Source: Macrostomum lignano (taxonomy: Eukaryota). From it: a DNA stretch of 64,000 nucleotides. The stretch's first letter is position 1, and every line of letters begins with the position of its first letter. The position numbers and the translations under genes were made by a program. The notes below the pieces were generated by a model. The model was not told the origin of the DNA and made no database searches. It worked only from the letters and a program-made list of their open reading frames with translations. Where the stretch lies: positions 124,001 through 188,000 of the forward strand of contig NIVC01000712.1 of assembly GCA_002269645.1 (NCBI GenBank), written 5' to 3'. Below are positions 51,201-63,576 of this stretch, in pieces.

Positions 51201-53245
51201 AGGGGCGCCCACAAAGAGACAGGGGCGCCCACAAAGAGACAGGGGCATTCACCAAGAGACAGAGGCGTTCACCAAGAGACAAGGGCGCCCACAAAGAAAA
51301 AGGGGCACCAAAAAAGAAACAGGGGCGCCCACCAAGAGACAGTGGCGCCCACTAATTAGAGACAGGGGCGCCCACAAAGAGACAGGGGCGCCCACCAAGA
51401 GACAGGGGCGTTCACCAAGAGACAGGGGCGCCCACAAAGAAACAGGGGCGCCCACAAAGAGACAGGGGCGCCCACAAAGAAACAGGGGCGCCCACAAAGA
51501 AAAAGGGGCACCAAAATAGAAACAGGGGCGCCCACCAAGAGACAGTGGCGCCCACAAAGAGACAGGGGCGCCCAAAAAAGTGACAGGGGCAACCACTAAG
51601 AGACAGGGGCGCTCGCGAAGAGACAGGGGCGCCCAAAAAAGTGACAGGGGCGCCCACTAAGAGACAGGGGCGCTCACCAAGAGACAGGGGCGCCGACAAA
51701 GAGACAGGGGCATTCACCAAGAGACAGGGGCGTTCACCAAGAGACAGGGGCGCCCACAAAGAGACAGGGGCATTCACCAAGAGACAGAGGCGTTCACCAA
51801 GAGACAAGGGCGCCCACAAAGAAAAAGGGGCACCAAAAAAGAAACAGGGGCGCCCACCAAGAGACAGTGGCGCCCACTAATTAGAGACAGGGGCGCCCAC
51901 AAAGAGACAGGGGCGCCCACCAAGAGACAGGGGCGTTCACCAAGAGACAGGGGCGCCCACAAAGAAACAGGGGCGCCCACAAAGAGACAGGGGCGCCCAC
52001 AAAGAAACAGGGGCGCCCACAAAGAAAAAGGGGCACCAAAATAGAAACAGGGGCGCCCACCAAGAGACAGGGGCGCCCACAAAGAGACAGGGGCGCCCAA
52101 AAAAGTGACAGGGGCAACCACTAAGAGACAGGGGCGCTCGCGAAGAGACAGGGGCGCCCAAAAAAGTGACAGGGGCGCCCACTAAGAGACAGGGGCGCTC
52201 ACCAAGAGACAGGGGCGCCGACAAAGAGACAGGGGCATTCACCAAGAGACAGGGGCGTTCACCAAGAGACAGGGGCGCCCACAAAGAGACAGGGGCATTC
52301 ACCAAGAGACAGAGGCGTTCACCAAGAGACAAGGGCGCCCACAAAGAAAAAGGGGCACCAAAAAAGAAACAGGGGCGCCCACCAAGAGACAGTGGCGCCC
52401 ACTAATTAGAGACAGGGGCGCCCACAAAGAGACAGGGGCGCCCACCAAGAGACAGGGGCGTTCACCAAGAGACAGGGGCGCCCACAAAGAAACAGGGGCG
52501 CCCACAAAGAGACAGGGGCGCCCACAAAGAAACAGGGGCGCCCACAAAGAAAAAGGGGCACCCAAATAGAAACAGGGGCGCCCACCAAGAGACAGTGGCG
52601 CCCACAAAGAGACAGGGGCGCCCAAAAAAGTGACAGGGGCAACCACTAAGAGACAGGGGCGCTCGCGAAGAGACAGGGGCGCCCAAAAAAGTGACAGGGG
52701 CGCCCACTAAGAGACAGGGGCGCTCACCAAGAGACAGGGGCGCCGACAAAGAGACAGGGGCATTCACCAAGAGACAGGGGCGTTCACCAAGAGACAGGGG
52801 CGCCCACAAAGAGACAGGGGCGCCAACAAAAAAGACAGGGGCGCCCACAAAGAGACAGGGGCGTTCACCAAGAGACAGGGGCGCCCACAAAGAAACAGGG
52901 GCGCTCACCAAGAGACAGGGGCGCCCACAAAGAGACAGGGGCCCCAAAAAAGTGACAGGGGCACCCACTAAGGGACAGGGGCGCTCACCAAGAGACAGGG
53001 GCGCCCACAAAGAAACAGGGGCGCTCACCAAGAGACAGGGGCGCCCACAAAGAGACAGGGGCGTCCAAAAAAGTGACAGGGGCAACCACTAAGAGACTCA
53101 CCAAGAGACAGGGGCGCCCACAAAGAAACAGGGGCGCCCACCAAGAGACAGTGGCGCCCACTAATTAGAGACAGGGGCGCCCACAAAGTGACAGGGGCGC
53201 TCACCAAGAGACAAGGGCGCCGACAAAGAGACAGGGGCGCCCAGC
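48205..53245. repeat. 20-bp satellite (GGGGCGCCCACAAAGAGACA)n, ~250 units, with a 525-bp higher-order repeat
   Basis: Continuous array; near-identical blocks start at 51249, 51774 and 52299. Confidence 0.97.
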
Positions 53246-53254
53246 CTGAGAAGT

Positions 53255-53460
53255 GGGCTTCAGCGTGCTTGTATGGCTACATCGACGATCTCGCCCTGCT
53301 GTCTTTAACGGTCAAAGGCACCCAATGCTGATAGCTATATAGACAAGCTGATTTCTGTGCAGCGAGTCGGCCTGCTGGTCAGCACGAAGAAGGCACATAT
53401 AGTAAGTTCTGCGCGTCGGATGGCGAATCGAGGCTAGGCTTCATTTTGTGCCAACGGGGT
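53255..53460 (+). mobile_element. Fragment of non-LTR (RTE-like) reverse transcriptase
   Basis: GGC TAC ATC GAC GAT CTC GCC CTG CTG TCT = GYIDDLALLS (YxDD motif) at 53275, followed after a frameshift by a RVGLLVSTKK-like segment. Confidence 0.7.
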
Positions 53461-53470
53461 GATGGACTAA

Positions 53471-53875
<405 letters not shown>

Positions 53876-53899
53876 TTTCTATCTATAGATATATTTACG

Positions 53900-54110
53900 A
53901 GTGTCCTTTAAGCTGACAAGGGCATCTTTAACCGTTAAGACACCAAGGGCAAGATCATACCTATAAGCACGCTGAGCCGCCTCCATGTTATTGGAGTCGA
54001 CCCACGAGCCGTAGCAGCTGAAAGCCATTTCGCATTTAAAAAACTTACAGTGCATTTAACTGAATATCTGAGCTACTCGAATGAGTCTACTGACAAATTG
54101 CACGATCGAA
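53900..54110 (-). mobile_element. More degenerate copy of the same RT-containing fragment
   Basis: Aligns with 57060-57260 (e.g. TGAGTCTACTGACAAA, AAGCACGCTGA, TAACCGTTAA shared). Confidence 0.6.
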
Positions 54111-54534
54111 TTTTGTTTGATGGCCCGTGTCCTCTGGTGTACAGTTATGGCTGCTGTCAGTCTGATGGTCTCACTGTCAGTTGTTTTGAATGTATTTTTA
54201 AAAGCGCAGCGCACAATGTACCCTAAACTACTGCGAGCGTATTTGCATGTTGACTGACAAAATTTTCTACAATACAACCCGGATACGAGCTTGTACTTTT
54301 ACCAGCGTAAATTCAAGTTTAGTAAATCTATTCGACGCTTTGTATAGGGCACGCAAGGTCAGACTGTTCGTCAAGAATCATTCAACATGCATAATATGCG
54401 TTGCTAGATTAGTTGTTTTCTGACCACTCTGCTTTCAAACGATATATTTAATCTTTAGATGTCATCTATAATTTGTGATCGTCTTCGGCCGTTCCAATAT
54501 CATGTTTCGTTGTCAATATGCAGCGCGTTCACGT

Positions 54535-55790
54535 TTATTCAGCGGGCTCGCCAAGCAGCATAGACTTGTACAGAGCATAGTAGCAGCGCCTGTTGCACCG
54601 ATCATCCGATCTGTCGCAGTCGCAAGCGGACGGCGTGCCGCCAAATTGAGCCGAATAGGTAGCCAACATATAGCTGGCCGGCACCTGCTCCTTCAGCATG
54701 TCGTAGCTCAAGCCACGCGGGCAGCGGTCGTTTACGATGCAAGGCCTGAACACCATTTCCAGCTGTCTCATATTCATCTCTCGTTGACCGCTCTGGTGAA
54801 GAAATTATACACGAGAAAGATGTATCAATCTGGCTAAGAAAACGGTGCTAGTATGGGCGCTTTCAAAACTAACTTGCTGAGCCAGTAATAACAGTCGCCA
54901 AAGTCTCTGATGTGTTACCAATTTCGCTGGAAGAGCGTGCTACTATTGATAGGGTCTCTCCTGCCTCTATATGGGCGCCCCTGTCTCTTGTTGGGCACCC
55001 CTGTCTCTTGGTGGGCACCCCGGTCTCTTGGTGGGCACCCCGGTCTCTTGGTGGGCACCCCGGTCTCTTGGTGGGCACCCCTGTCTCTTGGTGGGCACCC
55101 CGGTCTCTTGGTGGGCACCCCTGTCTCTTGGTGGGCACCCCGGTCTCTTGGTGGGCGCCCCTGTCTCTTGGTGGGCACCCCGGTCTCTTGGTGGGCGCCC
55201 CTGTCTCTTGGTGGGCGCCTCTGTCTCTTGGTGGGTGCCTCTGTCTCTTAGTGAGCACCACTGTCTCTTGGTAGGCGCCCCTGTCTCTTGGTGGGCACCC
55301 CTGTCTCTTAGTGAGCACCACTTGTCTCTTGGTAGGCGCCCCTGTCTCTTGGTGGGCACCCCTGTCTCTTAGTGAGCACCACTGTCTCTTGGTAGGCGCC
55401 CCTGTCTCTTGGTGGGCACCCCTGTCTCTTAGTGAGCACCACTTGTCTCTTGGTAGGCGCCCCTGTCTCTTGGGAGGCGCCCCTGTCTCCTGGTGGGCGC
55501 CCCTGTCTCTTGGTTTACCTTAGTCACCTCTCTGATGGATTTTCTGGAGGGGTTGATGGGCGGCACGGACCTCTGCGTACGCCACTGGATTACCTAGCAA
55601 CCTTGCTCAAGCGTCACATTCTCACAGATACTGGACTTTCGTAAGTAAACAGATACCGAATCGATGCTTAAAGAAATTGTCAACTGTCGCTGCAAATGCA
55701 ACATCAACATTGCGCTACCTGAGCGTGGACGGCCACAAGAAGCATCGCGATGGCAAACACGACGAGTTGAGGTCGCACGAGTCGCAGCAT
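54535..55790 (-). CDS. Small secreted cysteine-rich protein of unknown family, 3 exons, 134 aa
   Basis: Exon 1 55790-55719 (MLRLVRPQLVVFAIAMLLVAVHAQ, signal-peptide-like, CAG|GTAG). Exon 2 55593-55519 (TAG|VIQWRTQRSVPPINPSRKSIREVTK|GTAAAC). Exon 3 54792-54535 (TTTCTTCACCAG|SGQREMNMRQLEMVFRPCIVNDRCPRGL...CDCDRSDDRCNRRCYYALYKSMLLGEPAE*). All junctions are phase 0. AATAAA overlaps the stop codon, and a TATA-like box lies upstream. Confidence 0.75.
54965..55515. repeat. 20-bp satellite (GTGGGCACCCCTGTCTCTTG)n, inverted relative of 48205-53245, in intron 2 of the secreted-protein gene
   Basis: About 27 units; the reverse complement matches the large array with variant positions. Confidence 0.95.
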
Positions 55791-56109
55791 TTTTTGATAT
55801 TTTTGACTTCGATTTTAAAAATCAAACTTTTCACTGAGGGGATTGCTTTCTTCGATGCTGAGGTCCTCTCCACGCACACATCATTTCTATTTATGCTTTT
55901 TAAGCCCTAACGTTTGAAGGGAAAATTTTTGACCAATTTTAATTTAAAGTGGCAATTACTTTTTTGACTTACAGCTGAGACGAAAATTGCAACTAAATGG
56001 TGTAGTTATTGTGCACCCAGTTGAACTTAAAAAATTAACCGATAGTCGATAAAATGGATATTGATTAGTCTGCGGAAGTTGGACTGAACGGGATCAACTA
56101 ATTGATGAG

Positions 56110-56265
56110 CTTTCCATTCTGCATCAACAGCCAGTTGCTCAGAGATTTATATAGGGCAATTAAAAGCAGGAAGTCGCATATTTTCGAACTTTCCATTCTG
56201 CATCAATCGCCAGTTGCTCAGACATTTATATAGGGCAATTAAAAGCAGGAAGTCGCATATTTTCG
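56110..56265 (-). promoter_or_regulatory. Tandemly duplicated (2 x 79 bp) putative core promoter, each unit with a TATATAAA box
   Basis: Minus-strand TATATAAA at 56153-56146 and 56232-56225, ~360-440 bp upstream of the ATG at 55790. A CT|GTAAGT donor in the leader suggests a 5' UTR intron. Confidence 0.55.
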
Positions 56266-56334
56266 CTTTAAAGCTAGCGTCCAGACATTGTATTCAGCAA
56301 AATTACCCACAATCTAAAGGTGCAATCAAACAAT

Positions 56335-56872
<538 letters not shown>

Positions 56873-56874
56873 CT

Positions 56875-57260
56875 ACGTAGCAACTCCTCACGAACATCGC
56901 TAGAATCAGACCGCTGAGGTAGATGAACTGCTGAAATCACAGGGAGATTCGTCTTTCATCACGTCGGCACAAAAATAAAGCCTAGGCCTCCATGGGCTCG
57001 ATTCGCCATCCTAACCGCCGCACAGCAATCAGCTTGTCTATGGCTATCATTGGGCGCCTTTGACCGTTAAAGACAGCAGGGCGAGATCGTCGTTGTAGCC
57101 ATGCATACAAGCACGCTGAAGTCCGCTGCTCGGGTTTGTGTCCACCCACGTGTCACAGCAGCAGAAAGCCATCGTTGCATTAAATAAACTTGAATTTAAC
57201 TGCATATGGGTATCTGGCGTAAGTCTAATGAGTCTACTGACAAACTGCACAGATTTGTTC
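56875..57260 (-). mobile_element. Fragment of non-LTR (RTE-like) reverse transcriptase between two (TATC)n arrays
   Basis: GYNDDLALLSLTVKGAQ (YxDD), then downstream [16 protein letters not shown], which resembles the F-x-YLG motif after RT domain 7; frameshifted. Confidence 0.72.
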
Positions 57261-57264
57261 GTGC

Positions 57265-57547
<283 letters not shown>

Positions 57548-57911
57548 GCGGCAGTCAACATCGGCCATTGCAAAATCAGTCGGAGCTGCCCTGCAGGACG
57601 TACATGTACGTAGACTGAGGGCGGTGTTCTGATCCTGGCGTTGGTCGAAACCATGCATACGCTCGTATAATCTCACAACGCTAAAAGCCGTAACGCTGAC
57701 GGAGTCAATTGCGACAAGCTGTGCATGTGCATGTGCATGATGTAATATTGTCGGCGAAAACTTTCAGCACAAACATTAAATTATTCTAAGAGTTTTTTAA
57801 TCGTGCTCAGCGGACAGTGGCGGCGCATCACCTCTGAATGGGGGGGGGGGCAGTTGGTCAACCGGGCCTGCAGCCTACCCGCACCCCGTTCGCCATCACT
57901 GTCGGTGGACA

Positions 57912-57947
57912 CAAGGACTTCTAGACTAGCTAGTCTAGAAGTCCTTG
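57912..57947. other. Perfect 36-bp palindrome CAAGGACTTCTAGACTAGCTAGTCTAGAAGTCCTTG
   Basis: Self-reverse-complementary with no loop. Confidence 0.95.
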
Positions 57948-58266
57948 GTGCACATACAGATGATCAGACTGTATAAAAGTCCGTCAGTCGTGTCAGACAA
58001 CTGCTCGTGGAGTCATTTTTAAATAAGATAAAATTTGTTTTAGTCTGCATGGTAAATTGTCTTCTATATCGCTTCTGTTGTGTCTGAAAATACAATAGGC
58101 AATACTCTTTATATTGAAATTGGCTATTTAAAAGATAGACAGCTGTGAATAGGTTTTTAATTTGTCTGATGCTATAGTCTATTTCTTATTCCGGCACTAA
58201 TTTAAATGACAAAAATTTTACCTCTCCCGAGGCCATGAATGAAGAATACTAGCCTAGTATGTAATA

Positions 58267-58456
58267 CGAGGGGTGTTTTAAAAGTAACGAGATTTTGTTA
58301 GAACTTTAGACTGAATGAACTTATGAACTTGAAATTTTATCCAACAATTTTATACATTAAATACATTAACTTTATTTTGAGCCTTGTATAGCTGTGTAAT
58401 CGTTGATGATGATGAAAGTCCCCTCGAATTTTAGAAAGACCCCTCCCTCTACCTCG
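58267..58456. mobile_element. Short mariner-derived MITE/deletion derivative
   Basis: TA|CGAGGGGTGTTTTAAAA at the left end; imperfect inverted copy ...TTTTAGAAAGACCCCTC...CCTCG|TA at the right end. Confidence 0.55.
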
Positions 58457-59417
58457 TACAATACAATTTAATTGATCTAGGCGGTATAACATTGGACGGC
58501 AATGTTGAACTTATAATAGAATACCTGATTCGTCTCTGTTACTTTAAGTTTGATTACATTAATTTACAATACAAAGAATAAAACTCCCTCAATTCCCTAA
58601 AAATACCTAGGGCTAGGCTAGGCCTAACTAAACACTGATTGTCCAATGTCCAAAGTTACATAAACTTAAACTGAACTTACCGAAGCAGTGAATGCTTTGG
58701 CTATTATTGGATGCCTGAATTCTGTTGTATACTTTTCTTTTTTATTATAATAATAGGCCTAGGCCTAACTAGGCCTAGATTTATTCTGTCATGCTAAAAT
58801 ATGTAGGCCTATTCTTTCCTATTCTATGCTAGCCTGTAATACTAGTAGGCCTACCTAGTATTGGTGGTTTTTATTTGCATGATAAATAAGCAAGAATCAG
58901 ACATCATTTTTTCAAATGATTAGGGGCCTACTAACCTAAGATGTGATACTTGTATAAAATTAGAGGCTTTTATATTTTAAATTGAACTTAAGGTAAAGAA
59001 TAGGCCCCTAAGTTCTAGGATTTAAAATTAAAATATAACACATTAATAACAATATATCAATAAAATCAATATATATATATATATATATATAATATAATAG
59101 ATTTTATTCCTAGGCCTATCTGCCTATGGCTATAGTACTAGTAGGGCCTAACAGTTTTTATAGGCCCTATTAGGTTAGGCCTACTATATAAGTTTCACAT
59201 TACAATAGGCTTATCCTATATTAATATTTTATAAGTTTTTGGAATAGGACCTATATAATATAATACTAATTAGGCCTACGGGTCAGTTAAGATCTCAATC
59301 TCAATCATCTAAATCTTGGCACTTTTTTCAATTTTGATTTCAGTTTTGAGATCTCAAAAAATGTCAAGATTTGCAATTATATAATTATTTGTAACTATAA
59401 TATTATTTGGTTATGGC

Positions 59418-59836
59418 TAGAGGTTGGATAAGATCTTGATTGTCAAAATATCAATACTTTTTTGAAACTCAATCTTGGTTTTAAGATCTCAAAAAAGTCA
59501 AGATTTGTGACTAGGAGACTAGGACCATTGTATTGATGACTGTGACTGACTATTATCATATATTTATTTTTTATTTACATCAAGTTACTAACGTTAACAA
59601 GCTTAGTATTATATAATAATTGTTTTTCCTTCTACAATATTTTATCATCATTATACACATACACATTTAGCAAATAATATTATTAGCCCTGATGGATAAA
59701 ATAGTATAAATAAGTATATTAGATAAGTCTAGATGCTAATTAGGCTTCATCTTAAATCTTGATTGATTCTCAACTATCTTAAAGCATAGATCTCAAGTTT
59801 AAAAAATCTCAAAAATGTGGCATTATCTAACCCTTA
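59418..59836. mobile_element. Degenerate hAT-type MITE
   Basis: TAGAGGTTGGATAAGATC ... ATTATCTAACCCTTA termini resemble those of 60373-60770; flanks GTTATGGC / GTTATAGT match at 6/8. Confidence 0.5.
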
Positions 59837-60068
59837 GTTATAGTGATTTTTTAGTTTGTTTTCTGATATTATTTTTAAGTTTGAGTTAGTTCTGCAACAT
59901 AATAGTAGAAAATAATGTCTGGCCAAAAGGGATAAAAATGGTATCAGAAAATTTTCTAGCCTCTAGCTCTTATCTACTGCTTTATCTTTTACTTTATCTA
60001 TTGCTTTATATATCACTATATCTACTGCTATATATATTACTAAGTTTATTGCCATATCTGTTGCTATA

Positions 60069-61796
60069 CAAGGTGGATCCATTGAAATGTCACATTTTCA
60101 TTTTTTGTTTTTATTTTTTTGGTTTTTGGCATATAAAAGCTAAGCACATAGGGTTTTGCTTTTATATCTGTATTTGACCTGTGAGATAAGTTTTACAGAA
60201 ATTGCTCATACTATGTCTGCATATGAGGAGATCTGTTAAAAGATCTTTGAGAAACTTCAAGCAGGAGAGCCTCCTATATCAATTTCTTGGCATCTTGGAA
60301 TTTTGAAAAACCAAGTCTATTGAACCAAGCAACTTTTTGTGGTAACTGGTAGTGTTAAGGCATGTCATGGAGTAGAGGTCAGACGGGATTGAAATCTTCG
60401 GGTGGGATCGGAATTGGGAAAATTTTTTTCTCGGGATCGGGATCAGGATCAGGATTCGGGAATTGGGATCAGGTCTTTTAGTGTATTGTCCATGTAAAGT
60501 TAAACAAAATTGAGAAAAGATTGTCAAGATCAAGAAGTAAAACACAACAAAATTGATATGAAGTTTTGTAACCAACAAAGTAAATAATGTAATGAGTACA
60601 AGTTAAAGCAAAATACCTTCAAGTAATCACTAATTCTATAAATTATTAATTGAAAGACCTGTTCCCGAATCTCGAATTTTTTAGGGTCAGGATTCTGGTC
60701 TTGCGGAAATTCAATTCTCCTCGGGATCTCGAGATTTCGGGATCAGGGTTGGGATCTCGTCCAACCTCTATCATGGAGGTGGGTATAGTCATACTGCTCA
60801 CAGGGACCAAGTATTGGTCATTTCTTCTATTGGCAGCTACATTGACAAAATTTTTTTCATCTAAGAAGAAGTGCACTAGGTGTAGATACAACCAGCTAAG
60901 CAGTTGCTTGTCTTGTATCTTTCTAATGAATTTCTAGGCTTCTAAACAAGAAATGCCAACAAACTAGAAACTACTAACTCTGTTTTTCACTCTAATATCA
61001 TCTTTGAGCAGTTGGTTCATTGTCTTGTTACTCTTATACACTATTCCATAGTCCCAAAAGCTGTTGAGAACTTTGTCTTGGGTTCCTACAGATGCACATT
61101 TTTACAGCCTTGATGACATTTTTTGTGGCTATGTAAGTATGTAAAAGATATCCCAGACAATGCTCGTATGGTGCAGTGCAGCAAAAATCTTGCTTCTGTC
61201 ATGGTACTAGGGGTCATCAGCTCTGGACAAAAGTGCCCCCCCCCCCAATTTTCATTGACCCTAGTGCTCAGCTCAATGCTGTTGGCTGGGGCCTATCAAG
61301 AGCTGCTGCAAAACAAAGTGCTGCCATGGCTAAATCAGCACTACCCAAGTGGCCAATATGTATTCTAGCAAGATGGTGCACCTGCACATACTTTGACAAC
61401 CATGCTGACCTTCCTATCAAAGAATTTTGCAAGTTATTGGCCAAAAGACTTCTGGCCACCTTTGCCACTAGATCTTAATCCACTAGATTATTATTTCTAG
61501 GTGCAAATGGAGTGTGAGGTATGTCGCATATCTCACCACAATCTCAAGTTGTTGCACACCTCCATCTCAAAAGCATGTGATAAAATCCCATCAGCTGAAG
61601 TGCAAAAAGCTGTTGGTAGATTTCAAGCTGGGCTGTAGAAAATTGTAGAAGTAGATGGCAGTTACATTGAATAAATTTGTTCCTGATAGTGTTGATCATT
61701 TACCAAATGCATTTTTGCTCTGCACTTTTGCTTGTTTGAATCAAGTCAAAATATACTCAGTACTAAAAAGTGTGACCTTTCAATGGATCCATCTTG
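60069..61796 (+). mobile_element. Degenerate maT-family (DD37D) Tc1/mariner transposon, interrupted by a hAT MITE
   Basis: TA|CAAGGTGGATCCATTGAAATGTCACA and TGTGACCTTTCAATGGATCCATCTTG|TA TIRs. The transposase relic has VMVLGVIS and F*QDGAPAHT...WPPLPLDLNPLDY (37 residues between the 2nd and 3rd D) and ends GSYIE* at 61674. It is ~1.32 kb without the insert. Confidence 0.9.
60373..60770. mobile_element. hAT-type MITE, 398 bp, inserted in the maT transposase
   Basis: TIRs TAGAGGTCAGACGGGATT / GATCTCGTCCAACCTCTA; perfect 8-bp TSD TCATGGAG (60365-60372, 60771-60778); subterminal CGGGATC repeats. Confidence 0.9.
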
Positions 61797-63156
61797 TATC
61801 TATCACTCTAGCTACTGCTCCATTTACTTCTCTATAAACTGCTCTATCTAGTGCTCAGAGGCACTGTGTTCTAGTACCAATTCAAACTCAATGTCATAAG
61901 AAAATAAAATAAAATAATATCACAAAGCATACTAGAAGCAAACCATATTATCATGTTAACAATGTTACCATGTTAACCATGTTATCATTGTTTTTCTTTC
62001 TATTATCATCATAGTATACATTTAACAAGTTATAATATTAGCATTAATAGATAAACTATAGTATAAATATGCCTACTAGATACTAATTAGGCTTAATTTC
62101 AAATCTCAATTGAATCTCAATTATCTCAAAAGTAATAGATCTCAAGTCTAAAAAATCTCAACAATTTGATATTGTCTGACCCTAATACTTATGTCTATAG
62201 TTATAGTCATATGCAAATAGTCATTTCTATCTGTTCTTAGGGCATATATGCAAATGGTTATTCTTACATGCAAGTTAAATCTGCAAAAAAACTAAGAAAT
62301 CATTAAATTATAGTTTGTTTTTTGAGCTAAATAAAAAATTAAGATTTAATATTATCAACAAATATTTTTGTTATATTCGTAACCATATCTTTTCCAAAAC
62401 CCTATAAATATAAGCCTATATATAAGCCTATTTCACCACAAATAAAACAGACCTCTCCCATTTTGAAAACTCTTGCTTATGTTCTCAGATAAAAACTACT
62501 TATAAATATAGAATTCCTAAATGAGTTATTCAATTTGGAGTCATTAGACTGAATAAGATTTGCAGTGCTAAGTAATATTATGGGCCTATAGTTATATACT
62601 AAGTCTATTTTCAAATATAGGATTAAAGTTGCTTAGTGCATTTTCCCCTCAAGGATTTTCTGGATTTATCCCTGATTAAAAAATAGGGATAGAGTGAAAT
62701 ATGTATCCTATTACTAGTTTACCTTGGTCAGCTTTGTCATTTCTATAAGTCTGGCAGAAATCCAACAATATTCTTAGCTTAATGCTTGAACCACATTTTG
62801 TATAGTTAGTTTTACTGCCATTGATAAATACTCATATTGCAAAGCTTGCTATTAAATATTCATATACAAGCTATTAAAACCTGCAGATTTTTAACTCACT
62901 GAGTTCTAATCCTTAGAACATTTTTGCAAAAATTCTTTAATTTAATTTCTTTAATAACTCAAACAAAAACTTGTTAATAGTTAGGATATAAGTTTGAAGA
63001 AATGGAGTAAATTTTTGTTAAATTACATCTTAACTATCTTAATTTAAAGTTCAACAAGTACCTCATTTTGGAAATATTTCATCCTTAAATTCTGTCAGAT
63101 TTTATTTGGTTTGCTGAAATTCCAAATTCCAACAAAATATTAGTGATAGTGAGCCA

Positions 63157-63273
63157 ATGTCTGCAAATAATGATGCCACAGCTTATGAACAGTGCCTTAG
63201 ACGATCGCTGGCTGCAATTCTGATTGACTGTGGATTTCAATCCAGTACTAGAAGGTGTCTTCGCTTACTCCAG
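63157..63273 (+). CDS. Probable first coding exon of a bromodomain-associated histone-fold protein (TAF8-like); rest of gene not identified in the window
   Basis: MSANNDATAYEQCLRRSLAAILIDCGFQSSTRRCLRLLQ, then CAG|GTTAG. Resembles helix 1 and the GF loop of TAF8/TAF3/SUPT7L BTP domains; only 39 aa of evidence. Confidence 0.5.
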
Positions 63274-63576
63274 GTTAGCTTATTTGCTGGTTATTGTGTA
63301 ATAGCACTCGAGAATCACATTGGCCGCCCCAAAGCCCTTAAGAATGGCTTTAGACACCCTGTTGAAAACCTCACCGTACCCAACAAGTCATGGTGTTAGC
63401 GCTTAACTGTCTACTAGCTCAAGTAGACCAAATAGTAAACTTAGTAATTCTACAGAGACTTTAGCACGGCTCAAGACTGGGATCGCTTTCATAAGTCCGA
63501 AATTGCACAACGTCGAAAGCTTCCGTCCGTTTCGGTCTTCTGAAGCCCCCTCCTCCTAGAGTCATTATAGAAGCGT

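Noticed and set aside
48159-53207. Long ORFs on both strands (GAPVSLWAPLSLCGRPCLFV / TGAPTKRQGRPQRDRG)
   Set aside because: They are translations of the 20-bp satellite and are open in several frames at once.
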